Shown here: in pieces, positions 1-8,841 of the stretch | How positions within the stretch are numbered: position 1 is the first letter of the stretch | How the letters are laid out: every line of letters begins with the position of its first letter | NCBI GenBank assembly: GCA_963713075.1 | Contig: CAVQKO010000004.1 | Location: forward strand, 943 to 64,942 | Length of the DNA: 64,000 bases | Reading direction: 5' to 3' | Source: an uncultured Chloroflexia bacterium | Lineage (GTDB): Bacteria; Chloroflexota; Limnocylindria; Limnocylindrales; CSP1-4 | Translations under genes and position numbers: made by a program | Notes under the pieces: generated by a model | What the model saw: only the letters and a program-made list of their open reading frames with translations | What the model was told of the DNA's origin: nothing | The model's database searches: none

Positions 1-288
1 AACGACGGCGGCGCTGGCCGGGACGGACGCGGACGGCGACGCGCTCGGCGGTCGTGTCGCCACCACCACCATGACCAGCACCGCGACCATCGCCGCTGCG
101 GCCCAGCCGGCGCCGATGACGGGCGTCCGCCCGGTCAGCACGGGCAGCACTGCGAGCGCCCCGCCCTGGCCTGGGCGCCGGATCCCGTCGCGGACGCCGG
201 CGAGCACCTCCCCCGCGGCGTTCGGGGCCAGCCGGTCGGCCCGCGCGGAGAGCATCGCGCGCAGGGCCTCGTCGTCGATGCCGCTCAC
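1..288 (-). CDS. Putative anti-sigma factor, membrane-anchored, partial (continues past the window start)
   Basis: GTG start at 288-286 overlaps the TGA stop of the upstream ECF sigma gene (GTGA). Translation VSGIDDEALRAMLSARADRLAPNAAGEVLAG... runs into a hydrophobic segment AAAAMVAVLVMVVVA typical of a single-pass anti-sigma factor. Confidence 0.45.
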   Translation of the reverse strand, partial: MSGIDDEALRAMLSARADRLAPNAAGEVLAGVRDGIRRPGQGGALAVLPVLTGRTPVIGAGWAAAAMVAVLVMVVVATRPPSASPSASVPASAAVV

Positions 289-842
289 CGCGCCGCCTCC
301 CGCTCCAGCGCCTTCTCCAGCGCCTTGCGCGCCGCGAACAGCCGGGACTTCGCCGTCCCCACGGGCACCCGCAGCACCGCGGCGATCTCCCCCACCGACC
401 GCCCGTCGAGGTGGTGCAGCACGAGCAGCGTCCGCTCGTCGGCGGAGAGGCGTTCGAACGCCCGCTCCAGTGCGCGCCGCTCGATCGACGCGGCCGCCGT
501 GTCAGGTCCGCCCGGCTCATGCCCGCCAGAGCCCAGCGCGTCCACCGACACCTCCCGCACCCGCCGCGAGGCCGTGCCCCGCAGGCCCCGCTTGCAGCGG
601 TTGACGAGGATCCGCGTGAGCCAGGCGTCGAACGCCGCCGGGTCCCGAAGCGCCGCCAGCTCGCGCCAGGCCAGCAGGAGCGTGTCCTGCACGGCGTCGC
701 GCGCGTCGGCCTCGCTGCCCAGGATCGCCATCGCCGTGCGCGTCATCGGCCCCACCCGCGGTTCCACGAGCGCCTCGAAGGCGGACGGGTCCCCGGCGCG
801 GGCCTGCTCGACTCGTTCCGGGTCCATGTGCGGCTCGTCCAC
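285..842 (-). CDS. ECF (sigma-70 family) RNA polymerase sigma factor
   Basis: The ORF translation has region 2 (DAVQDTLLLAWRELAALRDPAAFDAWLTRILVNRC) and region 4 (LSADERTLLVLHHLDGRSVGEIAAVLRVPVGTAKSRLFAARKAL) motifs. The start is GTG at 842 or ATG at 827. Confidence 0.85.
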   Translation of the reverse strand: MDEPHMDPERVEQARAGDPSAFEALVEPRVGPMTRTAMAILGSEADARDAVQDTLLLAWRELAALRDPAAFDAWLTRILVNRCKRGLRGTASRRVREVSVDALGSGGHEPGGPDTAAASIERRALERAFERLSADERTLLVLHHLDGRSVGEIAAVLRVPVGTAKSRLFAARKALEKALEREAAR

Positions 843-903
843 CCCTCGCTCGCTTCACAGGAGTCAGGCGGGGACGCCCGGGTTCACGCGAAGTCGTCGC
901 CGA

Positions 904-1860
904 TTATGGGATCGCCACGTGGAGGATCGAGCCCTGGTCCTCGCGCGCCGCCACCTGCCACAGGATCCAGCCCTCGGCGTCGGGCCGGTAGCGGAGCAGG
1001 AAGGGCCCGCTGGTCCACCCGCCTGCCGACACGCCGAACGCGCCAGGCGCGAGCGTGACGCCGGTGCCGCGGGAGACGTCCACGAGGTCCCGCCACGGCC
1101 TCATCAGTGCGGCGCTCAGCGGCGGGCAGGTGGCGCCCGAGGCGCACGGGCCGCTGTCCGTGATCAGCATCCCGTCGGCCTCGCGGAGGGATGGGAACGG
1201 CGTCGCTGCCGTGGCCGGATCCGAGGCGGTCATCGCCTGCAGCACGTCGATCCGGGGGATGCCGGCCGCGCTGGCGTCCAGCGACCCGAGGAACACCAGG
1301 CGGCCGTCGCGCGGCAGCAGCACGAGCGTCTGGCCTGGAGGCGGATCGCCTGGCCAGCTGCCCATCGTGTCGTCCACGACGACCGGCACCCCGTGCAGCC
1401 CGACGATGCGGAGGGTCAGGCACGCCGACAGCGGCGCGTCCCGCCCGCACGGTCGCGGCGTGGCGACCAGCCGGCCGGCGACGAACGCGAGCGGCCCGGT
1501 CCCGTGACGCGGGATCGCCGCGACCAGCGCAGCCACGTCAACGGGGCTCGCCGTGATGCGCGGGGTGAGCGGGGCGAGCCCGTCTGACGGGACCGGCTGG
1601 CGCGAGCCCGGCGAGGCGATCGCGACGCCAAGCCCGGACGCGGGCGGGGACGCGGTCCCGGACGAGGGCGAGGCGTTCGCGACGCCTTGGTCCACCGGGA
1701 ACAGCTGCCCCGCCAGGATGCCGCCGCCCAGAATCGCCGCCAGAACAACGAGCGCCACGAGCGCGGTCCGACTGGCCTGGTTGCGCGGTCCGCCCACGCC
1801 CGCGACGTCCACCCGGAACGACCGCCGGCCCGGCCCGCCGCCCTCATCCCTGGTCTCCAC
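904..1860 (-). CDS. Hypothetical single-TM anchored extracytoplasmic protein (start uncertain)
   Basis: Long ORF with a TM helix (ALVALVVLAAILGGGILAG) followed by a non-repetitive soluble domain. An in-frame GTG at 1860 sits just downstream of the DUF1294 stop; the upstream part of the ORF overlaps the DUF1294 gene and is probably not coding. Confidence 0.45.
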   Translation of the reverse strand: METRDEGGGPGRRSFRVDVAGVGGPRNQASRTALVALVVLAAILGGGILAGQLFPVDQGVANASPSSGTASPPASGLGVAIASPGSRQPVPSDGLAPLTPRITASPVDVAALVAAIPRHGTGPLAFVAGRLVATPRPCGRDAPLSACLTLRIVGLHGVPVVVDDTMGSWPGDPPPGQTLVLLPRDGRLVFLGSLDASAAGIPRIDVLQAMTASDPATAATPFPSLREADGMLITDSGPCASGATCPPLSAALMRPWRDLVDVSRGTGVTLAPGAFGVSAGGWTSGPFLLRYRPDAEGWILWQVAAREDQGSILHVAIP

Positions 1861-1874
1861 GAGCGCCGCGCCTG

Positions 1875-2153
1875 CTAGTGCGTTCCCGCCGCGACCAGCC
1901 CCGCCGCGACCAGCCCCGCCGCCCACAGCACGGACGCGAGCGTCTGGACCGCCCAGAACGAGCGGTGCCTCGTCTTGTGGCGCATGCCGAGGAACACGAT
2001 CCATGCCCCCAGTACGCCGCCAGCGGCGGTGCAGATCCACAGCGTCCGCTCCCGGATGCGGCGCCAGCCCCGCGGCGCCGCCAGCTTGTCGTAGGCGTAG
2101 AGCGCGGCGGTCACGATGTTGGCGCCCAGCAGCCAGGCGAGGAGCCAGATCAC
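1875..2153 (-). CDS. DUF1294-like small membrane protein
   Basis: 92-aa product VIWLLAWLLGANIVTAALYAYDKLAAPRGWRRIRERTLWICTAAGGVLGAWIVFLGMRHKTRHRSF... matches the DUF1294 pattern recalled from memory. GTG at 2153-2151 overlaps the pyrD TGA stop (GTGA). Confidence 0.6.
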   Translation of the reverse strand: MIWLLAWLLGANIVTAALYAYDKLAAPRGWRRIRERTLWICTAAGGVLGAWIVFLGMRHKTRHRSFWAVQTLASVLWAAGLVAAGLVAAGTH

Positions 2154-3349
2154 CGCGCGTACTCGGCGCCGCGGGTGGACGGGGCCGCCGCCCGCCTCGG
2201 CAGGGCCGTGCCGATCAGGGCGCGGACATCGGCCAGCCCGCGCTCCCGGCAGGCGTCGGCGAGCTCGTCCGCGAGGCGCACCGGCAGCATCGGGTCGGCC
2301 AGGGCGGCCACGCCCACGCCCACGGCGCTCGCGCCGACGGCCAGGAAGTCCAGGACGTCCCCCACCCCGGCCACGCCGCCCACCCCGATCACCGGCACGT
2401 CCACGACCTGGGCCACCTCCCACACCACGCGCAGGGCGATCGGCCGCAGCGCCGGGCCGCAGATCCCGCCGTAGTCCGAGCCGAGGGCGGGCCCGCGCCG
2501 ATCCGCCGCCGGGGCGAACAGGCCGGGCAGGGTGTTGACCGCGGCGATGGCGTCGGCGCCGGCGCCCTCGACCGACCGGGCCACAGCCCGGACGTCGCCC
2601 GCCGCGGCGGTCAGCTTGGCGATCACCGGCAGGTCGGTGGCCCGCCGCGCCGCGCCGACCCAGACCGCCGCCGCGTCCGCGTCGAGCCCGGGCACCGTGC
2701 CGCCGCGCCCGGCCCCGCACGAGAGGTTGAGCTCGATGCCGGCGATGCCGGGCACGCCGTCGAGCCGCCGCACCGCCTCGCCCAGCTCGCCCGAGGTGTC
2801 CGCGCACAGCGACAGGATCACCGGCACGGGCCAGCGCGCCCACGCCTCGGCATACCGCTCCAGCACCGTGTCGAGGCCCGGGTTCTGCGGCCCGACCCCC
2901 AGGAGCAGGCCGGCGGGGATCTCCGCCATGCGCGGGCCCGGGTGGCCGCCGCGCGGCTTGAGCGACGTGCTCCGCGTGACGAGCCCGCCGAGCCGCGGCA
3001 GGTCCACGAGGTCGGCCACCTCGACGCCGTAGCCGAAGGGGCCGGACGCCGCGATCACCGGGTTCGGCAGCACCAGCCCGCGCCCGAGGTCCACGGCGAG
3101 CTCGACCGGGCGCCCGCCGAGCGGGTCGAGCGACGGCGCCGACGTGCCGCGCGCGGTCGAGGCGTCGGCCGACGACGGGCCCGGCGGACCCGCGGCGCCG
3201 CGCGGCGGGGCAGCCGGCGACGACACGGCATTCGCGCCCAGCGGCGGCCCTGCCCTGGACCTCGGGACCGGCGTGATCGCGGGCTTGATGCGGCGCACCG
3301 TGGGCGTGCGCTTGGAGTTGGCGGCAACGCCCTTGCGCCTCGCCTTCAC
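2150..3349 (-). CDS. pyrD: Dihydroorotate dehydrogenase, class 1B catalytic subunit
   Basis: Catalytic core LDPLGGRPVELAVDLGRGLVLPNPVIAASGPFGYG ... GIELNLSCGAGRGG ... VIGVGGVAGVGDVLDFLAVGASAVGVG. An in-frame GTG at 3349 overlaps the upstream gene's stop (GTGA). The N-terminal 80 aa would be a low-complexity linker, so the true start may lie further downstream. Confidence 0.8.
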   Translation of the reverse strand: MKARRKGVAANSKRTPTVRRIKPAITPVPRSRAGPPLGANAVSSPAAPPRGAAGPPGPSSADASTARGTSAPSLDPLGGRPVELAVDLGRGLVLPNPVIAASGPFGYGVEVADLVDLPRLGGLVTRSTSLKPRGGHPGPRMAEIPAGLLLGVGPQNPGLDTVLERYAEAWARWPVPVILSLCADTSGELGEAVRRLDGVPGIAGIELNLSCGAGRGGTVPGLDADAAAVWVGAARRATDLPVIAKLTAAAGDVRAVARSVEGAGADAIAAVNTLPGLFAPAADRRGPALGSDYGGICGPALRPIALRVVWEVAQVVDVPVIGVGGVAGVGDVLDFLAVGASAVGVGVAALADPMLPVRLADELADACRERGLADVRALIGTALPRRAAAPSTRGAEYAR

Positions 3350-4047
3350 CCGGGCATCCCGGCTTCCCGCCGCAGCACGCGCCACCACGCGAGCGACGCG
3401 AGCAGGACCCAGACCATGATCGAGATGAGCGCCGCCCACTCGAGCGTCGGCGCGATCCAGACGTCGGGTCGCCCGGTGATCGGTCCCGTCGAGGCCATGC
3501 GCTGGCGCGAGAACGGGTCCGCGGCCAGGGACAGGATGAACCCGATGAACATGGCCACCGACACGGCACCGAGCCCGGCGAGCCAGCGCGGGTGGCGCGT
3601 CTCCGGATGGCGCACGAACGCGGCCGACGCGAGCAGGACGAAGACCCAGCCGAGGTTGAAGAACACCGCGGCCGCAGCGACATGCTGGGTGGGGTGGTTC
3701 ATCGGGAAGACGCCGACCAGCAGCCCGCCCACCCCGGCGAGGACGCCGACCGGCCCGAATGCCCAGCGCAGGCGGGAGGGGCTCGAGCGCCACAGCCCGG
3801 CCACGAACTCGACGAACGCGAGCCCGCCGAGCACGAGGCAGCCGTTGAAGACCGGGGCCCGCGCCGACACGCCCTCCTGGCCGAGCTCGCTGATCCAGTG
3901 GTTGAGCGGGCTGTACGGCTCGCCGGCGGTGCCGGTGTAGCCGAGCGCGCTGATCACACAGCCGGCGGCGATGAGGACGAACGCGAGCATGCCGGCGCCC
4001 GCCGCCAGCAATTCGACCGAGGGGTTGTGGGGTACGGCGGCGCTCAC
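3346..4047 (-). CDS. Polytopic membrane protein of unknown function (possibly DUF998-like)
   Basis: 233-aa product with 5-6 hydrophobic helices (MLAFVLIAAGCVISALGY..., GCLVLGGLAFVEFVAGLW, VGVLAGVGGLLVGVF, WVFVLLASAAFV, VSVAMFIGFILSLAA, ALISIMVWVLLASLAWW). GTG at 4047 overlaps the pyrK stop (GTGA) and its own stop overlaps the pyrD start. Confidence 0.65.
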   Translation of the reverse strand: MSAAVPHNPSVELLAAGAGMLAFVLIAAGCVISALGYTGTAGEPYSPLNHWISELGQEGVSARAPVFNGCLVLGGLAFVEFVAGLWRSSPSRLRWAFGPVGVLAGVGGLLVGVFPMNHPTQHVAAAAVFFNLGWVFVLLASAAFVRHPETRHPRWLAGLGAVSVAMFIGFILSLAADPFSRQRMASTGPITGRPDVWIAPTLEWAALISIMVWVLLASLAWWRVLRREAGMPG

Positions 4048-4916
4048 GAGGCGCGCTCCCAGGCGATCTCGTCGGCGGCGAAGGACGGCCCCTCGCGGCA
4101 GACGCGGACGGAGCCGCTGACCCCCTCGACGGTGCAGCCCAGGCACGTCCCGGCGGCGCAGCCGACGGTCTGGTCGAGCACCACCTGCAGCCACGACTTG
4201 CGCCGTGCCTCGGCCGAGCCGGGCGGCACCGGCCTGCCCCCGCCGCGCTTGCGGCCGAGGGTGGCGACACCGAGCCGCTGCCGCCGGCCCACGGCCAGGG
4301 TGGCGAGATGGGCGAGCAGGCCTGTCGACCCGGCGGCGACGGCCTGGTCGGCCCACGCCTCGTAGTCGAGCACCAGGTCCGCCACCGAGCCGCGGTGCCC
4401 GAGCGAGCCGTCCCCGGTGGTGACGACGTACTCCACCTCGTCGGGGAGCAGGCTCGACGGGTAGACCAGGGCGGCCGTGGCGGCCCCGTACAGCAGCACC
4501 ACCGAGCGACCGTCGCGCACGGCCTCGTCGATCAGCAGGCGGACCGCCGCGATCGCCCGACCCTCGGCCACCAGCAGCAGGTGGCGGGATCGCGGGTCGA
4601 GCTCGATCGGCCGGCCCAGCGGCCCGGCGAGGTCCGCCCGGTCGCCCGGCCGCAGCGCGGCCGCCCATGGTGGCGGTGAGCTGCCGGAGGCGCCGGCACG
4701 GCCAGACGCCTGGATCGTCAGCGTGCCCTGCGCTGCGTCCGCCGTGGCGATCGGGAACGGGCGGCGCAGCGGCATCCCGCCGGCCTCGACCGTCCGGACG
4801 TGCACGGCCTGCCCGGCGCGCGCCGCGGCCGCGATCGCCGGGGCGTGCCAGGCGAGGAGCCACTGGCCGGGGCCGACCTCCCGGCGTTCGACCAGCTCGG
4901 CGCCGAGCGGGCGCAC
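4044..4916 (-). CDS. pyrK: Dihydroorotate dehydrogenase electron-transfer subunit (FAD/[2Fe-2S])
   Basis: PyrK-like N-terminus and FNR-like core, with a C-terminal cysteine cluster CAAGTCLGCTVEGVSGSVRVCREGP typical of PyrK. Confidence 0.85.
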   Translation of the reverse strand: MRPLGAELVERREVGPGQWLLAWHAPAIAAAARAGQAVHVRTVEAGGMPLRRPFPIATADAAQGTLTIQASGRAGASGSSPPPWAAALRPGDRADLAGPLGRPIELDPRSRHLLLVAEGRAIAAVRLLIDEAVRDGRSVVLLYGAATAALVYPSSLLPDEVEYVVTTGDGSLGHRGSVADLVLDYEAWADQAVAAGSTGLLAHLATLAVGRRQRLGVATLGRKRGGGRPVPPGSAEARRKSWLQVVLDQTVGCAAGTCLGCTVEGVSGSVRVCREGPSFAADEIAWERAS

Positions 4917-4937
4917 GACAGCGCGGGCGGCCGGACG

Positions 4938-5897
4938 CTACTTGCCCTTGTCCGCCTCGTCGTCGGCTTCGGCTTCTGCTTCGGCCCCGGCGTCCTCCGC
5001 CTCCTCGCCCTCTTCCTCGCCCTCTTCCTCGTCCTCCTCGTCCTCCTCCGCGTCCTCGTCGGCCATCTCGGGCGCGACCGACGGATACGCCTCGGCGAGC
5101 GAGTCGGCGAGATCGCCGAACACGTCGGTGGGGTCGTAGAACTCGACGATGTCGTCGGGTGCGGTGAGCTCGCGCCACTGGCCCTCGGCGTCCTCGGGCA
5201 GGACCTCGGCGCGGAAGCGTCCCGAGGCGCCGAGGATCAGCCGCTCGTCCTCGTCGTCCACGATGACGAGGTCGCCCACGAGCGCCGTGAGCTTGCCGAT
5301 CGCCTCCTCGAACTGCTCGAGCAGGGCCGCCTCGTTCTGCTGGCTCTTCTCCTGGAAGTCGAGCGCGAGGTTGTACAGCGCGAGCGCGGCCGACTCCTCG
5401 TCGTCGGCCTCGAGGACCGGCGCGCGCCCGGCCGCCCAGGTGTCGGCGGCGCCGGCGTACCCGTCGTCGTCGGAGTCAAGCGCGAACGTCTCCTCGGGAG
5501 CGATGCCCGCCGCCGCCATCAGGTCGCCAGCGGCTGTGGGCTCGGGCTCGAAGCCGGCGGCCTCGCGGGCGGCCTCGGCGAAGGCGGTGTAGATCTCGGT
5601 CGGGTTGTAGAGCTCCACGAGCTCGGACGGCGTGTCCACGACCTCGGTCTCGGACACCCACTCCCCTGTGTCCGGGTCCTCGAAGCGGCTGCGGACGCGG
5701 AACGTGCCGTCGGGGGCAATGGACAGGTAGTCCGGGTCCTCGTCGATCAGCGTCAGGCCGCCCAGCTCCTTGATCCGGCCCGCGTTGCGGTCCAGGAACT
5801 TGCGCAGCTGGTCGGTGGCCTCGACCAGGAAGGCCGTCCGCTCGAGGGCGGCGTCGTTGGCGAGCGCGCTCAGCGTGTCGTTGCGGCCCACATCCAT
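4938..5897 (-). CDS. Acidic protein with internally duplicated domain and poly-acidic C-terminal tail
   Basis: ATG at 5897 is preceded by GAGGAGG. Two related segments (G.FR...D..G.W.E....D.VE.Y.PT) sit ahead of a tail EDEEDEEEGEEEGEEAEDAGAEAEAEADDEADKGK. Confidence 0.6.
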   Translation of the reverse strand: MDVGRNDTLSALANDAALERTAFLVEATDQLRKFLDRNAGRIKELGGLTLIDEDPDYLSIAPDGTFRVRSRFEDPDTGEWVSETEVVDTPSELVELYNPTEIYTAFAEAAREAAGFEPEPTAAGDLMAAAGIAPEETFALDSDDDGYAGAADTWAAGRAPVLEADDEESAALALYNLALDFQEKSQQNEAALLEQFEEAIGKLTALVGDLVIVDDEDERLILGASGRFRAEVLPEDAEGQWRELTAPDDIVEFYDPTDVFGDLADSLAEAYPSVAPEMADEDAEEDEEDEEEGEEEGEEAEDAGAEAEAEADDEADKGK

Positions 5898-5910
5898 CGT
5901 TCCGCCTCCT

Positions 5911-6237
5911 CTAGCCGTGGTACTCGAGATCCGGTCCGAGGCGCTCTCGGAGGAACATCGAATGGTGCCGCTCGAACATCCACTCGCCGGCGCGGTGGCC
6001 CAGGGCGCGGGTGGCCTCGTCGGCCTCCAGCTTGTCCAGGGTCGCGTAGTCGGGCAGGTCGAACATGATGACGTTGTCGAAGTCCCAGCCGTGGGCGACG
6101 TTGTACCAGCCCAGGAACCGGATGCCGAACTTCTCCTCGTACTCCTTCACCTGGCGCGGGAACAGCGTCTTCATGAAGAACTTGAAGAACGGGTCCCGGC
6201 CGCGACGGACAGAGAAGTAGGTGGCGAGGACGGGCAC
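5911..6237 (-). CDS. Small conserved hypothetical protein (Trp/Phe-rich, atypical composition)
   Basis: 108-aa ORF PVLATYFSVRRGRDPFFKFFMKTLFPRQVKEYEEKFGIRFLGWYNVAHGWDFDNVIMFDLPDYATLDKLEADE... has non-repetitive, protein-like composition. Family not recognised with certainty. Confidence 0.55.
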   Translation of the reverse strand: MPVLATYFSVRRGRDPFFKFFMKTLFPRQVKEYEEKFGIRFLGWYNVAHGWDFDNVIMFDLPDYATLDKLEADEATRALGHRAGEWMFERHHSMFLRERLGPDLEYHG

Positions 6238-6273
6238 GAAGCTGACGGGCCTCCGGTGTCGATGGTCGAGCGG

Positions 6274-6702
6274 CTATTGTCGCATGCCCGGCGGGTCGCT
6301 CCGGGTGTCGCGAGCGGCGGCGCCAGCGTCGTCTGACACGCCGTCCACCGGGTCGGCACCGGCCTCGGCGAGCGCGTCGTCCTCCAGTTCGCCCACCGTC
6401 GGGGTCGTGCTCGCCAGCGGGCGGCGGCGGCCCTCCTCGCGGCCCGCTGCCACGATGCGCAGCAGGAAGATCATCGTCTGCCCGCTGACCAGCAGGAGCA
6501 CGAGCATCAGCACGAACAGCACGCCCGTGGCCCACACCGGCCAGTCCCAGGCCATCGCGGACAGGGGCGTGAGCACGATGAGCGCGGCCAGCAGCACCAT
6601 CTGGACCCAGAAGCAGCCGAGGCCCGGGCCGCGTCCCGCGTCGAGCGGCTCGCCCTTGTACTCGACCGGCTGCGGTGCCCGGGGCGTCTGCGGGGAAGTC
6701 AC
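6274..6702 (-). CDS. Hypothetical small membrane protein
   Basis: In-frame GTG at 6702. Two hydrophobic helices (MVLLAALIVLTPLSAMAW, VLFVLMLVLLLVSGQTMIFLL) followed by an acidic tail. Confidence 0.4.
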   Translation of the reverse strand: MTSPQTPRAPQPVEYKGEPLDAGRGPGLGCFWVQMVLLAALIVLTPLSAMAWDWPVWATGVLFVLMLVLLLVSGQTMIFLLRIVAAGREEGRRRPLASTTPTVGELEDDALAEAGADPVDGVSDDAGAAARDTRSDPPGMRQ

Positions 6703-6945
6703 GGCGCCACTGTACCGTCTGGACGGGTGGCGTCCCCGGTGCGACCCGGCACCGGTTGCGGCGTCGACGCCGTTCGCGACCGTCGCGCCGACCCCGAGCG
6801 CTGCGACGCCGGGGGGCGACGGCCAGGCCGGCGGCCAGAGCCGGCATCCGCCTCGCCTCCTGGCGGCCGTACCGTCCGATCCGATCGACCGGAGGCCCCG
6901 TTGCGCGCCTCGGCCGACAGGCGCGGGGCCGTACCATTCGCCGCG

Positions 6946-8574
6946 ATGGACGATCCGACTGAGCGCCTCGACCCCCTCGAGCCCTTCCGCTGGCACCCCG
7001 AGCCCGAGCTGATCGGCCTGCGCAGCCCGGCGGCCTCGCGCGATGCGCTGCGCCGCGCCGGCCAGGCCACCTGGGAGGCCTCGCTCGACTGGCTCTACGG
7101 CGAGGCGATGGTGCGGAGCATGGGGCTGCCCACCGACTACGCGGCGCTCCGCCGGCGCTACTTCGGCGAGGCGGGCGGCCCCGGGCAGGCGCCCCTCGAC
7201 CCCGCAACGCTCGGCGCGGTGCTCGACGAGTTCGCTCGCCGGATCGCCCCGCACACGCTCAACTCGTACCACCCGCGGTCGCTCTCGTACTTCACGCCGC
7301 CGCCGCTCGTCGCCTCGATCGCGGGCGAGGTCCTCGCGCAGTGGATCAACCAGGGCATCGACGTGTGGCACGCGGGGCCGGTCGGCGCCTTCGTCGAGGA
7401 GGAGGTCGTGCGCTGGCTGTGCGACCTCGTGGGTTACGACGATCGCAGCTTCGGCCTGTGCACATCGGGCGGGGTGATGGCGAACTTCATCGCGATGGCC
7501 CTCGTCCGCGACGTGCACCTGCGGCGCCTCGCCGGCCTCCCCCGCCCGCCGCGCGGCGCCGCCCTCGAGGGCGTCCGCGTGTACACCGGAGACCAGACGC
7601 ACTTCTCGATCGCCCGGGCGCTCGACGAGCTGGGATTCCCGGCGGACACGCTGGTGGTCGTGCCGACCGACGAGGCGTTCCGGCTGCACGCCGAGCCCGT
7701 GGCCCAGGCGATCGCCGCCGACCGGTCACGAGGGCTCAGGCCCGTCGCGGTCTGCGCAGTGGCCGGGTCGACCAACACGGGGTCCGTGGACCTGGTGCCC
7801 GAGCTTGCGGCGCTGGCGCGGCACGAGGGCCTGTGGTTCCACGTGGACGCGGCGTACGGCGGGGCCGCGCGCCTGTCCGCCCGCGACGCGTCCCGCGTGC
7901 CCGGCCTCGAGCTCGCGGACTCCGTGACCGTGGACCCCCACAAGTGGTTCTTCCAGGCGTATGACCTCGGCGCGCTCGTCGTCCGTGACGGCGACCATCT
8001 GCGGCAGACCTTCGACCGCTCGCCCGAGTACTACCGCGGCGGTGAGGGCTCGGCCGGCGGTGACCGCGTGGAGGCCGGCGACCGCGACCCCGAGGACGCC
8101 CACGCGGGACAGCTAAACTTCTACAAGCTCGGCTTCGAGGGCACGCGGCGATTCCGCGCGCTCAAGCTGTGGGCGAGCTGGAAGCACCTCGGCACGTCGG
8201 GCCTCGGCCGGCTCGTCGAGCTCAACGACGACGTGGCGGCGCATCTCGCGCAGTGCTGCGCCGCGGCGGACGACTTCGCGGCGCTGCCCGCGGCGCCCGA
8301 CCTCTCGGTCGTCTGCTTCCGCCACCTTCCCGGCGGCGCGGCGGCCGCAGCGGCGCTGGACCCGGCCGAGCTCGACGCCCACCAGGACCGCCTGTGCGCC
8401 GCGCTCGAGCAGGACGGCGACGGCTGGCTCTCGACCACGACGCTCCGCGGCCGGGCGTACCTGCGGGCGGGCGTCGTGAACTACCTGACCACCGAGGCGG
8501 ACATCGACCGCCTGCTGGCCACGCTCCGCAGGCTCGCCGCCCAGCTGCAGGCAGGCGCGGGTCCGCGGCAGTAG
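6946..8574 (+). CDS. Pyridoxal phosphate-dependent decarboxylase, group II (DDC/GAD/DABA decarboxylase family)
   Basis: ATG at 6946. PLP-lysine motif SVTVDPHKWFFQAYDLGALVV, plus the conserved HVDAAYGG and FTPPPLVASIAGEVLAQWINQG blocks. Confidence 0.85.
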   Translation: MDDPTERLDPLEPFRWHPEPELIGLRSPAASRDALRRAGQATWEASLDWLYGEAMVRSMGLPTDYAALRRRYFGEAGGPGQAPLDPATLGAVLDEFARRIAPHTLNSYHPRSLSYFTPPPLVASIAGEVLAQWINQGIDVWHAGPVGAFVEEEVVRWLCDLVGYDDRSFGLCTSGGVMANFIAMALVRDVHLRRLAGLPRPPRGAALEGVRVYTGDQTHFSIARALDELGFPADTLVVVPTDEAFRLHAEPVAQAIAADRSRGLRPVAVCAVAGSTNTGSVDLVPELAALARHEGLWFHVDAAYGGAARLSARDASRVPGLELADSVTVDPHKWFFQAYDLGALVVRDGDHLRQTFDRSPEYYRGGEGSAGGDRVEAGDRDPEDAHAGQLNFYKLGFEGTRRFRALKLWASWKHLGTSGLGRLVELNDDVAAHLAQCCAAADDFAALPAAPDLSVVCFRHLPGGAAAAAALDPAELDAHQDRLCAALEQDGDGWLSTTTLRGRAYLRAGVVNYLTTEADIDRLLATLRRLAAQLQAGAGPRQ

Positions 8575-8617
8575 GCCCGCGCGCCACGGCGACGCCGCCG
8601 GTCGCGTCCGCGGCTCC

Positions 8618-8830
8618 CTAGGCCCGAGGCGGCCGCCGGGCGATGGACGCGGCACCCCATGCCGCGAGCCCGCCCGCGAGGGCGTCGAGCGCGAGGGTCA
8701 GCAGCCGGAGCGGCCCTGGCTCGAGCACGCCCTGCACGATCGAGGCCACCGTCCACAGCGCGTAGCCCAGCAGCACGACGGCCGCCCCCGCCAGGGCGAT
8801 GGCCAGGATCCGCAGCTGGCGGTCCGACAT
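8618..8830 (-). CDS. Small membrane protein downstream of pyrC (positional analogue of the membrane ORF after pyrC in mycobacterial pyr operons)
   Basis: ATG at 8830, 11 nt after the pyrC stop. 70-aa product with two hydrophobic helices (ILAIALAGAAVVLLGYALW, LLTLALDALAGGLAAWGAASIA). Confidence 0.5.
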   Translation of the reverse strand: MSDRQLRILAIALAGAAVVLLGYALWTVASIVQGVLEPGPLRLLTLALDALAGGLAAWGAASIARRPPRA

Positions 8831-8841
8831 GGACGTCCCCG

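Noticed and set aside
1553-3940. 795-aa plus-strand ORF and similar very long ORFs (5870..7207 -, 8659..10440 +, 25078..27618 +, 38797..41430 +, 46118..48034 -, 48123..50531 +, 61479..63344 +, 59827..61386 -)
   Set aside because: They are antisense or out-of-frame shadows of recognisable genes on the other strand (pyrD, decarboxylase, pyrC, histidine kinase, DPD, S8 protease, binding protein, Ig-repeat protein). Their translations are Arg/Pro/Gly-rich low-complexity strings typical of stop-codon-poor high-GC DNA.
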